Assembly (NCBI GenBank): GCA_044342075.1
Contig: JBIIQM010000006.1
Coordinates: 1-59,327, forward strand
Length of the DNA stretch: 59,327 nt
Source of the DNA: Pirellulales bacterium
GTDB taxonomy: Bacteria; Planctomycetota; Planctomycetia; Pirellulales; UBA1268
Direction: 5' to 3'
The position numbers and the translations under genes were made by a program. The notes under the pieces were generated by a model, which was not told the origin of the DNA, did not search any database, and saw nothing but the letters and a program-made list of their open reading frames with translations. Shown piece after piece: positions 31,201-44,723 of this stretch. How positions within the stretch are numbered: the stretch's first letter is position 1; every line of letters starts with the position of its first letter.

Positions 31201-33156
31201 TGGACGGCCAACCCCGGCGACACCTTCGACGACGGTGAGTCCGTCACGTTCACGCTCTCCGGCACCGTCCCAGCTGGCGCCACCGGCACCCTCACCAACA
31301 CCGCCACCGGCACCCCGCCGATCTTTGACCCGAACCCGGACAACAACACCTCCACCGCCACCGACACGATCGTCGTGAAGCCCGTCCTCTCGATTACGAA
31401 GACGGACGGGAAAGGGACCTACGTCCCGGGAACATCCACCACCTACACGATCATCGCCACGAACGCAGGCCCGAGCTTCCTCACGGGCGGCACGGTCTCT
31501 GACCCGCTTCCCGCGCAGGTCGCAAGCGCCACGTGGACGGCGGTCTATTCCGCCGGCTCGAGCGGCCCCGAGAGCGGCAGCGGCCCGCTGAACGAGACCG
31601 TCAACCTTGCCCCGGGCGGCACGGCCACGTTCCAGTTCACCGTGCAGATCAAACCCGACGCGACCGGCGACCTCGTGAACACCGTCACGATCACTCCGCC
31701 GCCAAACACGCAGGGCAACACGGCCACGGCCACAGACACCAACACGCTCTCGAGCCCACAACTGCTGCTCAACGTGACGAAGACTGACGGCAAGACGACC
31801 TACCTGCCCGGCCAGACATTCCCCTACACGATCGTCGTCAGCAACTCGGGCCCCAGCACCATGGTCGACGGCACGGTGAACGATCCGCTCGCGGCGCAGG
31901 TGGCGAGCGCCTCGTGGACGGCTGTCTATTCAGCCGGCTCGAGTGGCGCGCCGTCCGGCTCCGGCGGCATTACCAACGAGAAGATCACGCTGCTGCCGGG
32001 CGGCAGCGCGACATTCACGCTCACCGTGACGATCCGGCCCGACGCCTTCGGCCAGATGGACAACACCGTCACGCTCACGCCTCCGGCCGGTGCCTCAGTC
32101 GATCCGCAGTCGGTGCTCTCGGCGACCGACACCAACTTCGGCCCCGAGCCGCCGGCGTCGATCGGTGGCGCCCTCGTCGTCGGCAGCGACGATGGCTGCA
32201 ACGGCCCGCCGTGGGTTCGGGTGCTCAGCCCCGATTCCGGCGAAGAACTCTCGCGGTTCCTCGCCTATGACTCGCGGTTCCGCGGCAGCGTCCGCGTGGC
32301 CACGGGCGACGTCACGGGCGACGGGGTGGCGGAGATCATCACGGCCCCGGGCCGCAATGCGATCGGCGAGGTGCGGGTGTTCCAGCAGGCTCTCGGCGGC
32401 TGGGCTGAGCTCACGCAATATCGCACGCTCGCTTTTGGCCCGGGTTACCGCGGCGGCGTCGAGGTGGCTGTAGCCGACATCGACAACGACGGCGACAACG
32501 ACATTGTCACCGCTATGTCGATCCGGACTGGGATGGTAAACGTGTTTCGAGTGAACACCGGCGTCGGCGTTGTGGATCCTGTGGCCAACACGCCGTTCAA
32601 GTCGTTCCGCGGCGCCCCCGCCGGCACGAACAACGGCGTGATGATCTCAGCCGGCGACTACATCCTCGGCGGCCCTGCCGAGATCGCGGTCGGGACGAAT
32701 TCCGGCACGCGGGCGCTGGTGCGGGTTTTCGATGTCAGCGGCACCCCGACGGTCGTGCGGAGCTTCAAACCGTTCGCGAACAACTTCCGCGGCGGCGTGA
32801 CGCTCTCGACATCCGACTACGACGGCAACGGATCGCTCGACCTGATCGTCGGCGCCGGCCTCAACGGCGGCTCGAGGGTCGAGGTCTGGAACCCCTCGAC
32901 GGGCACCAAGATCGCCCAGACTTCCGCGTTCGGCAGCCTGGTGAAGCCAAACGCTCGCGTCTTCGCGGTCTTTGGAAGTGCGGCCGACGGCTTCATCGGC
33001 CCCGATTCGACGCTCTACGGCGTGCAGGGCCTCAATGGCGGCCGCGGATCGAAGGGTGTCTGGAAGGTTCTCGGTGGAACCGCAAATTCACTCGTCAACT
33101 CGCAGTCGAGTCTCCCCCCGCTCCGCATCGCCCCGATCGCCCTGCAGCTCGGATAA
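28210..33156 (+). CDS. Large extracellular Thr-rich protein: planctomycete export motif, several DUF11 (Ig-like) repeats, C-terminal FG-GAP-like domain
   Basis: EQLEQRLALA; repeated (D)LxVTKT..PG..VTYTIVVTNTGPS units; VRVATGDVTGDGVAEII and DIDNDGDNDI. Confidence 0.88.
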   Translation: MSLFDTLFPPRMRSPAIRRPSARTRATIRRHRDGAFGEQLEQRLALAVTFAPRFTIDAPGDITFAANTMMTAVEGQPGTATQVTNAQNGTGTNPNVWNDDFWNMQYINVDPTGGNFASSSADLSLPAGANVLFAGLYYGSRTNTNVSDDVLKTVKFKGPGDASYTTLTGAAGPNQVALLGKVIGQVSNLPPNVQTYGAFADVTDLVFARGQGTYTIANVKGDPGIINHFAGWSLVVAYDAPGANLRNLSVFDGFADVSASNPNVEVNFTGFTAPPSGPVKANLGFVSYEGDLGIDNDTASFFGGVSTTQLSNATNPADNFFNSSISTNGVTVTSKNPNYLNQLGFDADILNIDGKIANGATSAKLTLTSTQDQYYPAVVTSAIDLYAPKVSVDKSVVDVNGGIVEPGDTLRYTITVANDANAFDTAANVILNDSIPSFTTYKPGSLFITAGANSSPTAKTDAIDADQAEALPTGATPPTTSVRFQLGTGAGGGAPAVGGELAKGESTTLTFEVTVNAGFPSEGFITNKAIVNYTSKFTGKPFSTSDTAVIQCPPVIDLAITKTSPGSEYVPGAPVNYSFTVTNNGPAASPGSIVTDTLPSQTTFNPAINPGWTLVGSTLSYVTPALVSGGSTSFALVLLPASDRLGPLVNTASVAVPPGFFDRNLSNNTATETDTAKPTVTLGVTKTDNSDTYVPGSPVTYTIVVTNTGPSALVGGTVVDLLPAVATSGTWTTSTTGSASVLPTSGGNNINATVNIPKGDSVTFTYIVQTKSDATADLVNTVVVTPPAGQGSSTSSTDRDTATPQVNLTVTKTDGSDTYIPGNPVTYTIVVTNTGPSALVGGNVTDLLPAVATSGTWTTSTTGSASVLPTSGGNNINATVNIPKGDSVTFTYIVQTKSDATADLVNTVVVTPPEGQGSSTSSTDRDTATPQVDLAVTKTRTSPLPVIAGEVVTYSIVVTSNGPSSITTFTGTDVSVPGLLSPTYSVDTGTYNPNTGIWTANPGDTFDDGESVTFTLSGTVPAGATGTLTNTATGTPPIFDPNPDNNTSTATDTIVVKPVLSITKTDGKGTYVPGTSTTYTIIATNAGPSFLTGGTVSDPLPAQVASATWTAVYSAGSSGPESGSGPLNETVNLAPGGTATFQFTVQIKPDATGDLVNTVTITPPPNTQGNTATATDTNTLSSPQLLLNVTKTDGKTTYLPGQTFPYTIVVSNSGPSTMVDGTVNDPLAAQVASASWTAVYSAGSSGAPSGSGGITNEKITLLPGGSATFTLTVTIRPDAFGQMDNTVTLTPPAGASVDPQSVLSATDTNFGPEPPASIGGALVVGSDDGCNGPPWVRVLSPDSGEELSRFLAYDSRFRGSVRVATGDVTGDGVAEIITAPGRNAIGEVRVFQQALGGWAELTQYRTLAFGPGYRGGVEVAVADIDNDGDNDIVTAMSIRTGMVNVFRVNTGVGVVDPVANTPFKSFRGAPAGTNNGVMISAGDYILGGPAEIAVGTNSGTRALVRVFDVSGTPTVVRSFKPFANNFRGGVTLSTSDYDGNGSLDLIVGAGLNGGSRVEVWNPSTGTKIAQTSAFGSLVKPNARVFAVFGSAADGFIGPDSTLYGVQGLNGGRGSKGVWKVLGGTANSLVNSQSSLPPLRIAPIALQLG
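30259..31014 (+). repeat. Near-identical 378-bp tandem duplication (two DUF11 domains)
   Basis: 30259-30636 and 30637-31014 match at the nucleotide level with few substitutions. Confidence 0.9.
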
Positions 33157-33224
33157 ACCGCAGGGCGATCGCAGGGGCGTTTCGGTGAACCGTCCTCCGT
33201 GACGGCCACCTGGCGGATTGATTT

Positions 33225-34397
33225 CTACCAACGGGCCTCGAGGCCGAGGTTGGCACCGTGCATGAAGATCCCGCCACCGGAGGCGAGCAGCGTGCCGGAT
33301 GTCTCGGTGTTGGTAAAGTCAAACTGGTTCGGAGCCAGCGCGAGGCCGTCGATCCAGATCAGGTTGTAGCCGGCGCGAATACCCCAGACTTCGGTGAGCC
33401 GATAGATCGCCGAGAGGTTCATGTCGCCGATGAAGCCAACCGAGCTGCCGAAGGTCGAGCGAGCGGGCCGCCACTGGAAGCCCTCGAAATCGACGAGCGC
33501 GTTTTGATACTGCTCCTGGGCGTTGCCGAGGATGCCCGCCTTCGCCCAGTTTTCGATCGACCAACGGTTCCAGTCCCAGCGGGCTCGGCGGCCGACCTGC
33601 GCACCGAACATGTTGTTGCGCGTGCCCACACCATACGGCACGGTTCTAAACTCGCTATCGACCACGCAGCAGTCCATCAGGATGGCGGCCTGCTCCTCCA
33701 CGCCCACATACCGAAAGCCCACCAGCCAGTCGGTCGTGTGCCAGGCGCCGGCATCGCGGTGCCAGTGGTGCTCGGTGCTGAAGATGTTTGCCTCGGCGCT
33801 ATTGATCGTGGATTGGTACTTCACGGTCGCACGTTCGGCATCGGCCGTCAGCTGTTCGCCGATGTCGCCGGGAAACTGGATGAACTGCCCCGGCGGCGCG
33901 GCGATGACGCCCGTGGCCGATTGGCCGTAGACGCCCCAGTAGCCGAGTTCCCAGCCGCATTCGCAAGGCTGCCGCTGGCCGTAGAAGGCCCGCACGCCCT
34001 CGCTGAATGGAAACTGGAGGTCCTGTGCATTGAGCAACGGCGTGGCGGCGGGGTTTTGAGTCACGACGAGCGGCACGTTGCCCGCCTGGTTGTCGCGGCC
34101 CCAGAAGAGCGCGTCGGTGAGTGCATAGGCCGTCCACAAGGGCTCGGCCACGTTCACGCCGGTGTATTGGACGTTCGTCACGTCGTAGGCCGGCTCCTCG
34201 GCGAAGGCCGGCGTGAATTCCTCGGGCCGCGGGATGCCTCCCTGCCCAAACGCCGCAGCATCGGCGACGAAGAGCGCCGCCGCCACGAAACACAACCGCC
34301 GCACCCAGCGGACGGCAAAACCGCAGACCGTCGCGATCACAGCCATGATCATCCCCCTTCTGCTCCCTCTCGAGTGTTGAACCACGGGGGGCATCAC
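33225..34397 (-). CDS. Planctomycete outer-membrane beta-barrel (BBP7-like)
   Basis: TRNNMFGAQVG, IRAGYNLIWIDGLALAPNQF and terminal HGANLGLEARW; start may be at 34352. Confidence 0.8.
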   Translation of the reverse strand: MMPPVVQHSRGSRRGMIMAVIATVCGFAVRWVRRLCFVAAALFVADAAAFGQGGIPRPEEFTPAFAEEPAYDVTNVQYTGVNVAEPLWTAYALTDALFWGRDNQAGNVPLVVTQNPAATPLLNAQDLQFPFSEGVRAFYGQRQPCECGWELGYWGVYGQSATGVIAAPPGQFIQFPGDIGEQLTADAERATVKYQSTINSAEANIFSTEHHWHRDAGAWHTTDWLVGFRYVGVEEQAAILMDCCVVDSEFRTVPYGVGTRNNMFGAQVGRRARWDWNRWSIENWAKAGILGNAQEQYQNALVDFEGFQWRPARSTFGSSVGFIGDMNLSAIYRLTEVWGIRAGYNLIWIDGLALAPNQFDFTNTETSGTLLASGGGIFMHGANLGLEARW

Positions 34398-34532
34398 CGA
34401 CGCCCCCCGCCAGACCCACCCCTACGAGGGGGTATTCTGCCGAGGGTTGCATCGACCACCCCCGCAGAGGGGGTTCGGCTGCTGTAGAAAAGTTCCCGTC
34501 GCGCGGACTGGGGGGACTTTGCGGGGGCCGCG

Positions 34533-35837
34533 TTACTGCTTCGTCTTCCGAAACTCCCACGGTGGCGTGGGGTTGGGCTGCGCCCAGAGGCCGAGCTTCT
34601 GGGCCTGGGCCTGTGCCTGCAGGTCGGCGAGCGACTGGTCCTTCGAGTAGGCCGCGTAGTGCCAGGCGTTGCCGGTGGCAACCATCTGGCGGTTCACGTC
34701 CATGCCGTTGACATACACATGGCCGATCCAGCGGCCGTAGCGGTCTTTGCCTTCGTCCACCACCTCGACGGTCTTGCCAAACACCATCCCCGCCATGGCA
34801 TCCCGCGACACCTTCCCGAAATCCTGGCCGATCTCGGGGGCGTCGATCTCCGCCATGCGGATCTTCTGCTGCTGGTTGTTTTCATCGAGGCAGGTAATCG
34901 TGTCGCCATCGTGCACGCCCACCACCCGCCAGAGATGCGAGTTTGCAGAGCGGCCCGCCGGCGGCTGCGACTGCGTGGGCACGAGCGGCACCGATTGCGG
35001 TGACGTGCTCACCGGCTGCATCTGCGGTGCAGTCGAGACCGACGTCATCGGCGGCGGCGCAACCGAGGACGACGGCTGCGTTGCCATCGCCGCGGCGCCC
35101 GCCATCGCGGCCGGGGCGGTGGCCGCGGCCGCCGATTCCCATTGCGTGGGCGGCGGCACCGATTGCCACTGATCGGTCAGCGGTGGCTGTTGTGGCGCCG
35201 CCACATATTGCTGGGGCGGCGGCGTGTATTGAGGCGCTGGTGGCGGCGGCAACGGTGTGGCGGGCGGCGCGATCGGCGTGCCGGCGAGCTGCGGCGCGGA
35301 GGCCGGGTATTGATAGGGGGGCGGCTGGTAGCGGGACACGCTCGGCGGCGGGGGCGCGTAGGTGGCGGGAGCCGCGCCGGTCGCCTGGTAGTTCCAGCCG
35401 GCGTATTGCGGCTGGCCGTAGGCCTGCGGCCGGTTCACCGGCGAAGCAGCCACCATCGGCGGCCCGACCGGATACGTAAACGTGTAGGTCGGCGCGTAAT
35501 ACATCGTGACCGGCCTGCCGTCGGGGCCGATCGACTGATAGGGAATCGCCTGCGGCTTCCAGTCTTTGGGGATCGCTCCCCCTTGGATCACATAGCCCGG
35601 CCAAGCGTAGGTCTGCGCGACCGAAATCTGCGTGGGGCTCGCGCCGCCGGCCTTGCCGTCGGTGTCGCCCGCCTTGGTCTTCGCGCCGCCGGTCGCCCAC
35701 GGGCTCACGTCGTCATCGGCGGCCGGCGCCTTGGCCACCGCGAAGATCAGCGACGCAAACGCAAGCACGGCGCAGCATGCAGCCCTCGCGTGCGAGCGCT
35801 TCTCACCAACGATCAATTGTCGGCATCCATGCCGCAC
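34533..35837 (-). CDS. Secreted thermonuclease (SNase family) with a long Pro/Gln/Tyr-rich N-terminal region
   Basis: VVGVHDGDTI, IRMAEIDAPE, KDRYGR, GNAWHY, GLWAQPNPTPPWEFR. Confidence 0.88.
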   Translation of the reverse strand: MRHGCRQLIVGEKRSHARAACCAVLAFASLIFAVAKAPAADDDVSPWATGGAKTKAGDTDGKAGGASPTQISVAQTYAWPGYVIQGGAIPKDWKPQAIPYQSIGPDGRPVTMYYAPTYTFTYPVGPPMVAASPVNRPQAYGQPQYAGWNYQATGAAPATYAPPPPSVSRYQPPPYQYPASAPQLAGTPIAPPATPLPPPPAPQYTPPPQQYVAAPQQPPLTDQWQSVPPPTQWESAAAATAPAAMAGAAAMATQPSSSVAPPPMTSVSTAPQMQPVSTSPQSVPLVPTQSQPPAGRSANSHLWRVVGVHDGDTITCLDENNQQQKIRMAEIDAPEIGQDFGKVSRDAMAGMVFGKTVEVVDEGKDRYGRWIGHVYVNGMDVNRQMVATGNAWHYAAYSKDQSLADLQAQAQAQKLGLWAQPNPTPPWEFRKTKQ

Positions 35838-35964
35838 GTCGTCCGCCCTCAGGTCACATCACGGGCACCGCTTTGATCGGATTTCCCGTGCATTTCCGGT
35901 GAGGGGGATTTCCGGGAATTCTCCGGCTTGCCTCGCTTGGGCGACCTGGGTGAACTGGGTCTAT

Positions 35965-37278
35965 ATGCGTCTTCACTGCGTTGCCGTCGCCCTCGTTTTT
36001 CTTGCTGTGGCCCACGCTGCCTGCGTTGCCGGGCCACCCGAGGCTGACCAATTTGCCGCGACCGCGCGGCGGGCCGGCCTGCGGGTGCTCGAGGGCGCGC
36101 ACCTCGTGCTCGCAACCGACCGGCCCGTGCGCGAAGGCGACGGCGTCGATGAACTGCCGCGGATCTTCGACGCGGCGTTTGCGGAGTGGTGCCGCCACTT
36201 TCGGATCGACCCGGCCGCGCATCGCGAGTGGCGGGCGCTCGCCTGCCTCATGACCGATCGCGAACGATTCCGAGCCGCCGGCCTTTTGCCGCCCGGCGGC
36301 GCGGTCCCCGACTTCGCGAATGGCTATTGCCTGGGCGATCGCTTCTGGATGATGGATCAATCGAGCCCAGCCTACCGCCGCCATCTGCTCCTGCATGAGG
36401 GCGTGCACGCCTTCACGCTCACGCTGCGGCAGTCCTCCGCCCCCGTCTGGTACACCGAGGGGATCGCCGAATGTCTCGCCACGCACCGGCTCGAACGCGG
36501 CGCTGATGGCGTCGCTCGCTTCATCCCCACGCCAATCCCGCTCGAGGCCGGCGACGTCGAGCAACTCGGGCGGATCGAAAAGATCCGCTCGCTCCGCAGC
36601 GCACGCGGCTGCCCGTCGCTCGCCGACGTCTTCGCGACGCCCCCGGCCGCTCACCACGCGCTCGATTCCTACGCCGCGAGCTGGGCGGCCGTCGCGTTTC
36701 TCGCCGGGCATCCCGCCCATGCAGACGTCTTTCGCGCCGGCGAACAAGGAGCCCTCGATGGCTCACTCACGCAACGCCTGCAGTCCGCCGCTGGCTGGGA
36801 CGCCGCGCGAGCGGCCCGCGACTTCGACGCCTTCACCGATGAGCTCGACTACGGCTACGACTTCACCCGGTCCGCCATCGACTGGTCCGCGGGAAGCCCG
36901 CTGCAAGCAAAGCAGACGGTCGCCGTCGCGAGCGACCGTGGCTGGCAAAACAGCGGCTGCCGACTTGCCACTGGCCAGCAGTGCTCGCTGCGATCCACCG
37001 GCCGCATCCAAGTAGGACAGGCTTCAGCCTGTCTATTGGAATCCGAACCCGACGGCATTTCGCTCGAGTGGTATCGCGGTCGCCCGGTCGGACGGCTGCT
37101 TGCGGCGCAGTGGGTTGAGAAACCGGCAGACGGCGGCCGCCCGCGGTTCGTCGTGCTCGCCGAGGGCGCGGCGGGCGAGTTCGCCGCCGCGACCGACGGC
37201 CCGCTCTATCTCAAGATCAACGAAGGCCCCGGCCGCCTCGCCGACAACGCCGGCTCGTTCACCGTTGATCTCAAGTAG
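35965..37278 (+). CDS. Secreted HEXXH metallopeptidase-like protein (DUF1570/peptidase MA-like)
   Basis: LLLHEGVHAF, PVWYTEGIAE, YAASWAAV; signal peptide from ATG 35965. Confidence 0.72.
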   Translation: MRLHCVAVALVFLAVAHAACVAGPPEADQFAATARRAGLRVLEGAHLVLATDRPVREGDGVDELPRIFDAAFAEWCRHFRIDPAAHREWRALACLMTDRERFRAAGLLPPGGAVPDFANGYCLGDRFWMMDQSSPAYRRHLLLHEGVHAFTLTLRQSSAPVWYTEGIAECLATHRLERGADGVARFIPTPIPLEAGDVEQLGRIEKIRSLRSARGCPSLADVFATPPAAHHALDSYAASWAAVAFLAGHPAHADVFRAGEQGALDGSLTQRLQSAAGWDAARAARDFDAFTDELDYGYDFTRSAIDWSAGSPLQAKQTVAVASDRGWQNSGCRLATGQQCSLRSTGRIQVGQASACLLESEPDGISLEWYRGRPVGRLLAAQWVEKPADGGRPRFVVLAEGAAGEFAAATDGPLYLKINEGPGRLADNAGSFTVDLK

Positions 37279-37358
37279 GACAGGCTTCAGCCTGTCACTC
37301 GCACGACAGGCTGAAGCCTGTCCTACCAGTTTTCGACAGGCACGGAGGCCTGTCCTAC
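37275..37358. repeat. REP cluster (3 units)
   Basis: Forward unit, inverted unit and an inverted GCACGGAGGC variant between convergent genes. Confidence 0.9.
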
Positions 37359-37360
37359 GA

Positions 37361-38846
37361 CTACGCATGCACCGCGAATTCGCCGGCCGCGAGGCTCGGC
37401 AGATTCGTGGAGCCCATGAGGTAGAGATCGACCGCCCGCGCGGCCTCGCGGCCCTCGTGGATCGCCCACACAACGAGCGACTGTCCGCGCCGCAGATCGC
37501 CCGCGGCAAAGACGCCCTCCTTGCTCGTCATGTAGTTGGCCCCGGTCTTCACGTTGCCCCGCGGGTCGAGCTCGAGGCCGAGGTCGGCGATCGGCCCCTG
37601 CTTCTCCGGGCCGACGAAGCCCATCGCGAGCAGCGCGAGCTGGCAGGGCCACTCCTGCTCAGTGCCCGGCAGTTCCTTGAACTTCTGCTGGCCCGTGGCT
37701 GGATCCTGATACCACTCGATCCGCACGGTCTTGAGGCCGCGCAGATGGCCCTTGTCGTCGCCCAAAAACTCCTTCGTGAGGATGGCAAACTCGCGGCGGC
37801 AGCCTTCTTCGTGCGACGAGCTCGTCCGCAGCATCTGCGTCCAGAGCGGCCACGGGCTGTTGGCCGGCCGCTCCGCCCGCCGCGGATACTTGCCGAGGTC
37901 CGGCGGCTGCGGGAGCAGCTCGAATTGCGTGAGGCTCTTCGCACCCTGGCGGTTGCTCGTGCCGTCGCAGTCGGAGCCCGTGTCGCCGCCGCCGATCACG
38001 ATCACGTCCTTGCCTTCGGCCATGATCTGCCCCGGCACTTCGTCGCCGGCATTGCGCTTGTTTTGCTGCGGCAGAAACTCCATCGCGTAGTGCACGCCCT
38101 TGAGATCACGACCCGGGATCGGCAGATCGCGGCCGAGCGTGGCGCCGCCGGTGAGCACGATCGCGTCGTACTCATCGCGCAGTGTCTGCGTGCTGATGTC
38201 ACTGCCGACATTCACGCCGCAGCGAAACTCCACGCCCTCGGCTTCCATCTGCTCGACCCGCCGCCAGACCCGCCACTTCTCGAGCTTGAAGTCGGGGATG
38301 CCATACATGAGCAGGCCGCCCGGTCGATCGGCACGCTCGAACACGGTCACGAGATGGCCGGCGCGATTCAACTGTTGCGCTGCGGCCAGTCCTGCTGGCC
38401 CGCTGCCGACGACGGCCACCCGCTTGCCCGTCCGCACGGCCGGCGGCTCCGGGGTCACCCAGCCCTCGTCGAAGGCCCGATCGGCGATCGTCATCTCGAT
38501 CTGCTTGATCGCGACGGGATCCTCGTTGATGCCGAGCACACAGGCGGCCTCGCAGGGCGCGGGGCAGACGCGACCGGTGAACTCGGGGAAGTTGTTCGTG
38601 GCGTGGAGCCGCTGGCTCGCCTCGTGCCACTGCTCGCGATACACGAGGTCGTTGAAGTCGGGAATGATGTTCCCCAGCGGGCAGCCGGTGTGGCAGAAGG
38701 GCACACCGCAATCCATGCAGCGGGCACCCTGCGTCTTCACTTCCTCCGGGGGCAGGATCGTGAGGAACTCGTTGTAGTGCTTGAGGCGGTCGGTCACCGG
38801 CGCATAGCCCGAGACCTGACGCTTGTACTTCATGAATCCGCGTGGC

Positions 38847-38854
<8 letters not shown>
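37361..38854 (-). CDS. gltD: Glutamate synthase small subunit
   Basis: [58 protein letters not shown]. Confidence 0.97.
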
Positions 38855-43559
<4,705 letters not shown>

Positions 43560-43606
43560 TGCGATGCTCTTAACTGGTGCTGAAGACCGAAAAATGGTTT
43601 GAGAAA

Positions 43607-44539
43607 TCAGGCGTGGGCCACCACGTCGGCGGAGAAATCGGCGGCGGGCTCCATGTCGTGGGCATGCCCGCGGAGGAGTTCGACGAATCGCGCCGCCGTC
43701 GGCGGGAGCGGCTTGCCGCGGGCGTGGATGATGCCAAGCGGCCGGACGAGTTCGTCGCCGGCGATACGCACCGTGGCCAGCGTGCCGGCGGCGAGTTCGC
43801 GGCCGACGGTCGGCTCCGGGAGGAGCGCGACGCCCGCGTCGATCTCGACGGCCCGCTTGATCGTCTCGATGTTGTCAAACTCCATCACCACGGTCGGCTC
43901 GGCGCCGTGGGCGGCGATGGCGCGATCGAGTTCGTGGCGGATGACAAGGTCGGGGTCGAAGCCAACCATCCGCTGCCCGTGAAGTTCCTTCAGCGACATC
44001 TGCACGCGGCCGGCGAACGGATTGCCCGGCGCGCAGACAAGCACGATCGGCTCTTCCCGCCAGGGCTCGGCCTCGATGGCCCGCGTGCTCCGCGGGTAGC
44101 TCACGATGCCGATGTCGGCCTGCCCCTGCTCGACCGATTCGAGCACGCGGTCGGGGTGGAGGTATTCGAGCCGCACGTTGGCCTTCGGATGGCGGCTCAT
44201 GAATTCCTGCACGTAGCGGCTCATGTGGTGCAGGCCCACGGAATAGATGGCGGCCACGCGCACGCGGCCAGCCACTTCTTCATGCAGCGTGCGGACCTCG
44301 TCTTCGAGCGCGTCGTATTGAGCGATGAGCTTGCGGCAGCCGTCGAAAAACACCTTGCCCTCGCGGGTCGGGGCGAGCGGCCGCTTCGACCGCTCGATTA
44401 GCTGCACGCCGACCCGGCTCTCCAGCTGGCTGACCACCTGGCTGGCCCCCGACTGCGAAATGCCGTTGTCCTCCGCCGCGCGGGAGAAACTCCGCCGGGA
44501 GACGATGTCGCAGAAGATTTTCAGGGACTTCAGATTCAC
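43607..44539 (-). CDS. LysR-family transcriptional regulator
   Basis: [43 protein letters not shown]; GTG start at 44539. Confidence 0.92.
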   Translation of the reverse strand: MNLKSLKIFCDIVSRRSFSRAAEDNGISQSGASQVVSQLESRVGVQLIERSKRPLAPTREGKVFFDGCRKLIAQYDALEDEVRTLHEEVAGRVRVAAIYSVGLHHMSRYVQEFMSRHPKANVRLEYLHPDRVLESVEQGQADIGIVSYPRSTRAIEAEPWREEPIVLVCAPGNPFAGRVQMSLKELHGQRMVGFDPDLVIRHELDRAIAAHGAEPTVVMEFDNIETIKRAVEIDAGVALLPEPTVGRELAAGTLATVRIAGDELVRPLGIIHARGKPLPPTAARFVELLRGHAHDMEPAADFSADVVAHA

Positions 44540-44670
44540 GGGAATCCGCAAAACGCGGCCGAAAATATGAAACCGCGAACATCCCTGTTCAGGAAAACGA
44601 ATAATGCCGCCATGCATCATTCGGAAAACAAATACAGCGTAGCCGGTGCCGGCCCGCCGTCAAGCGGCCC

Positions 44671-44723
44671 GTAGGACAGGCTTCAGCCTGTCGCAATCTC
44701 CGGCAGGCTGAAGCCTGTCCTAC
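44671..44723. repeat. REP doublet
   Basis: GTAGGACAGGCTTCAGCCTGTC ... GGCAGGCTGAAGCCTGTCCTAC. Confidence 0.9.

Noticed and set aside
23930-33156. Integrase-type genomic island at tRNA-Gly
   Set aside because: No integrase and no duplicated tRNA 3' end (att site) found; genes after 25214 have host-like composition
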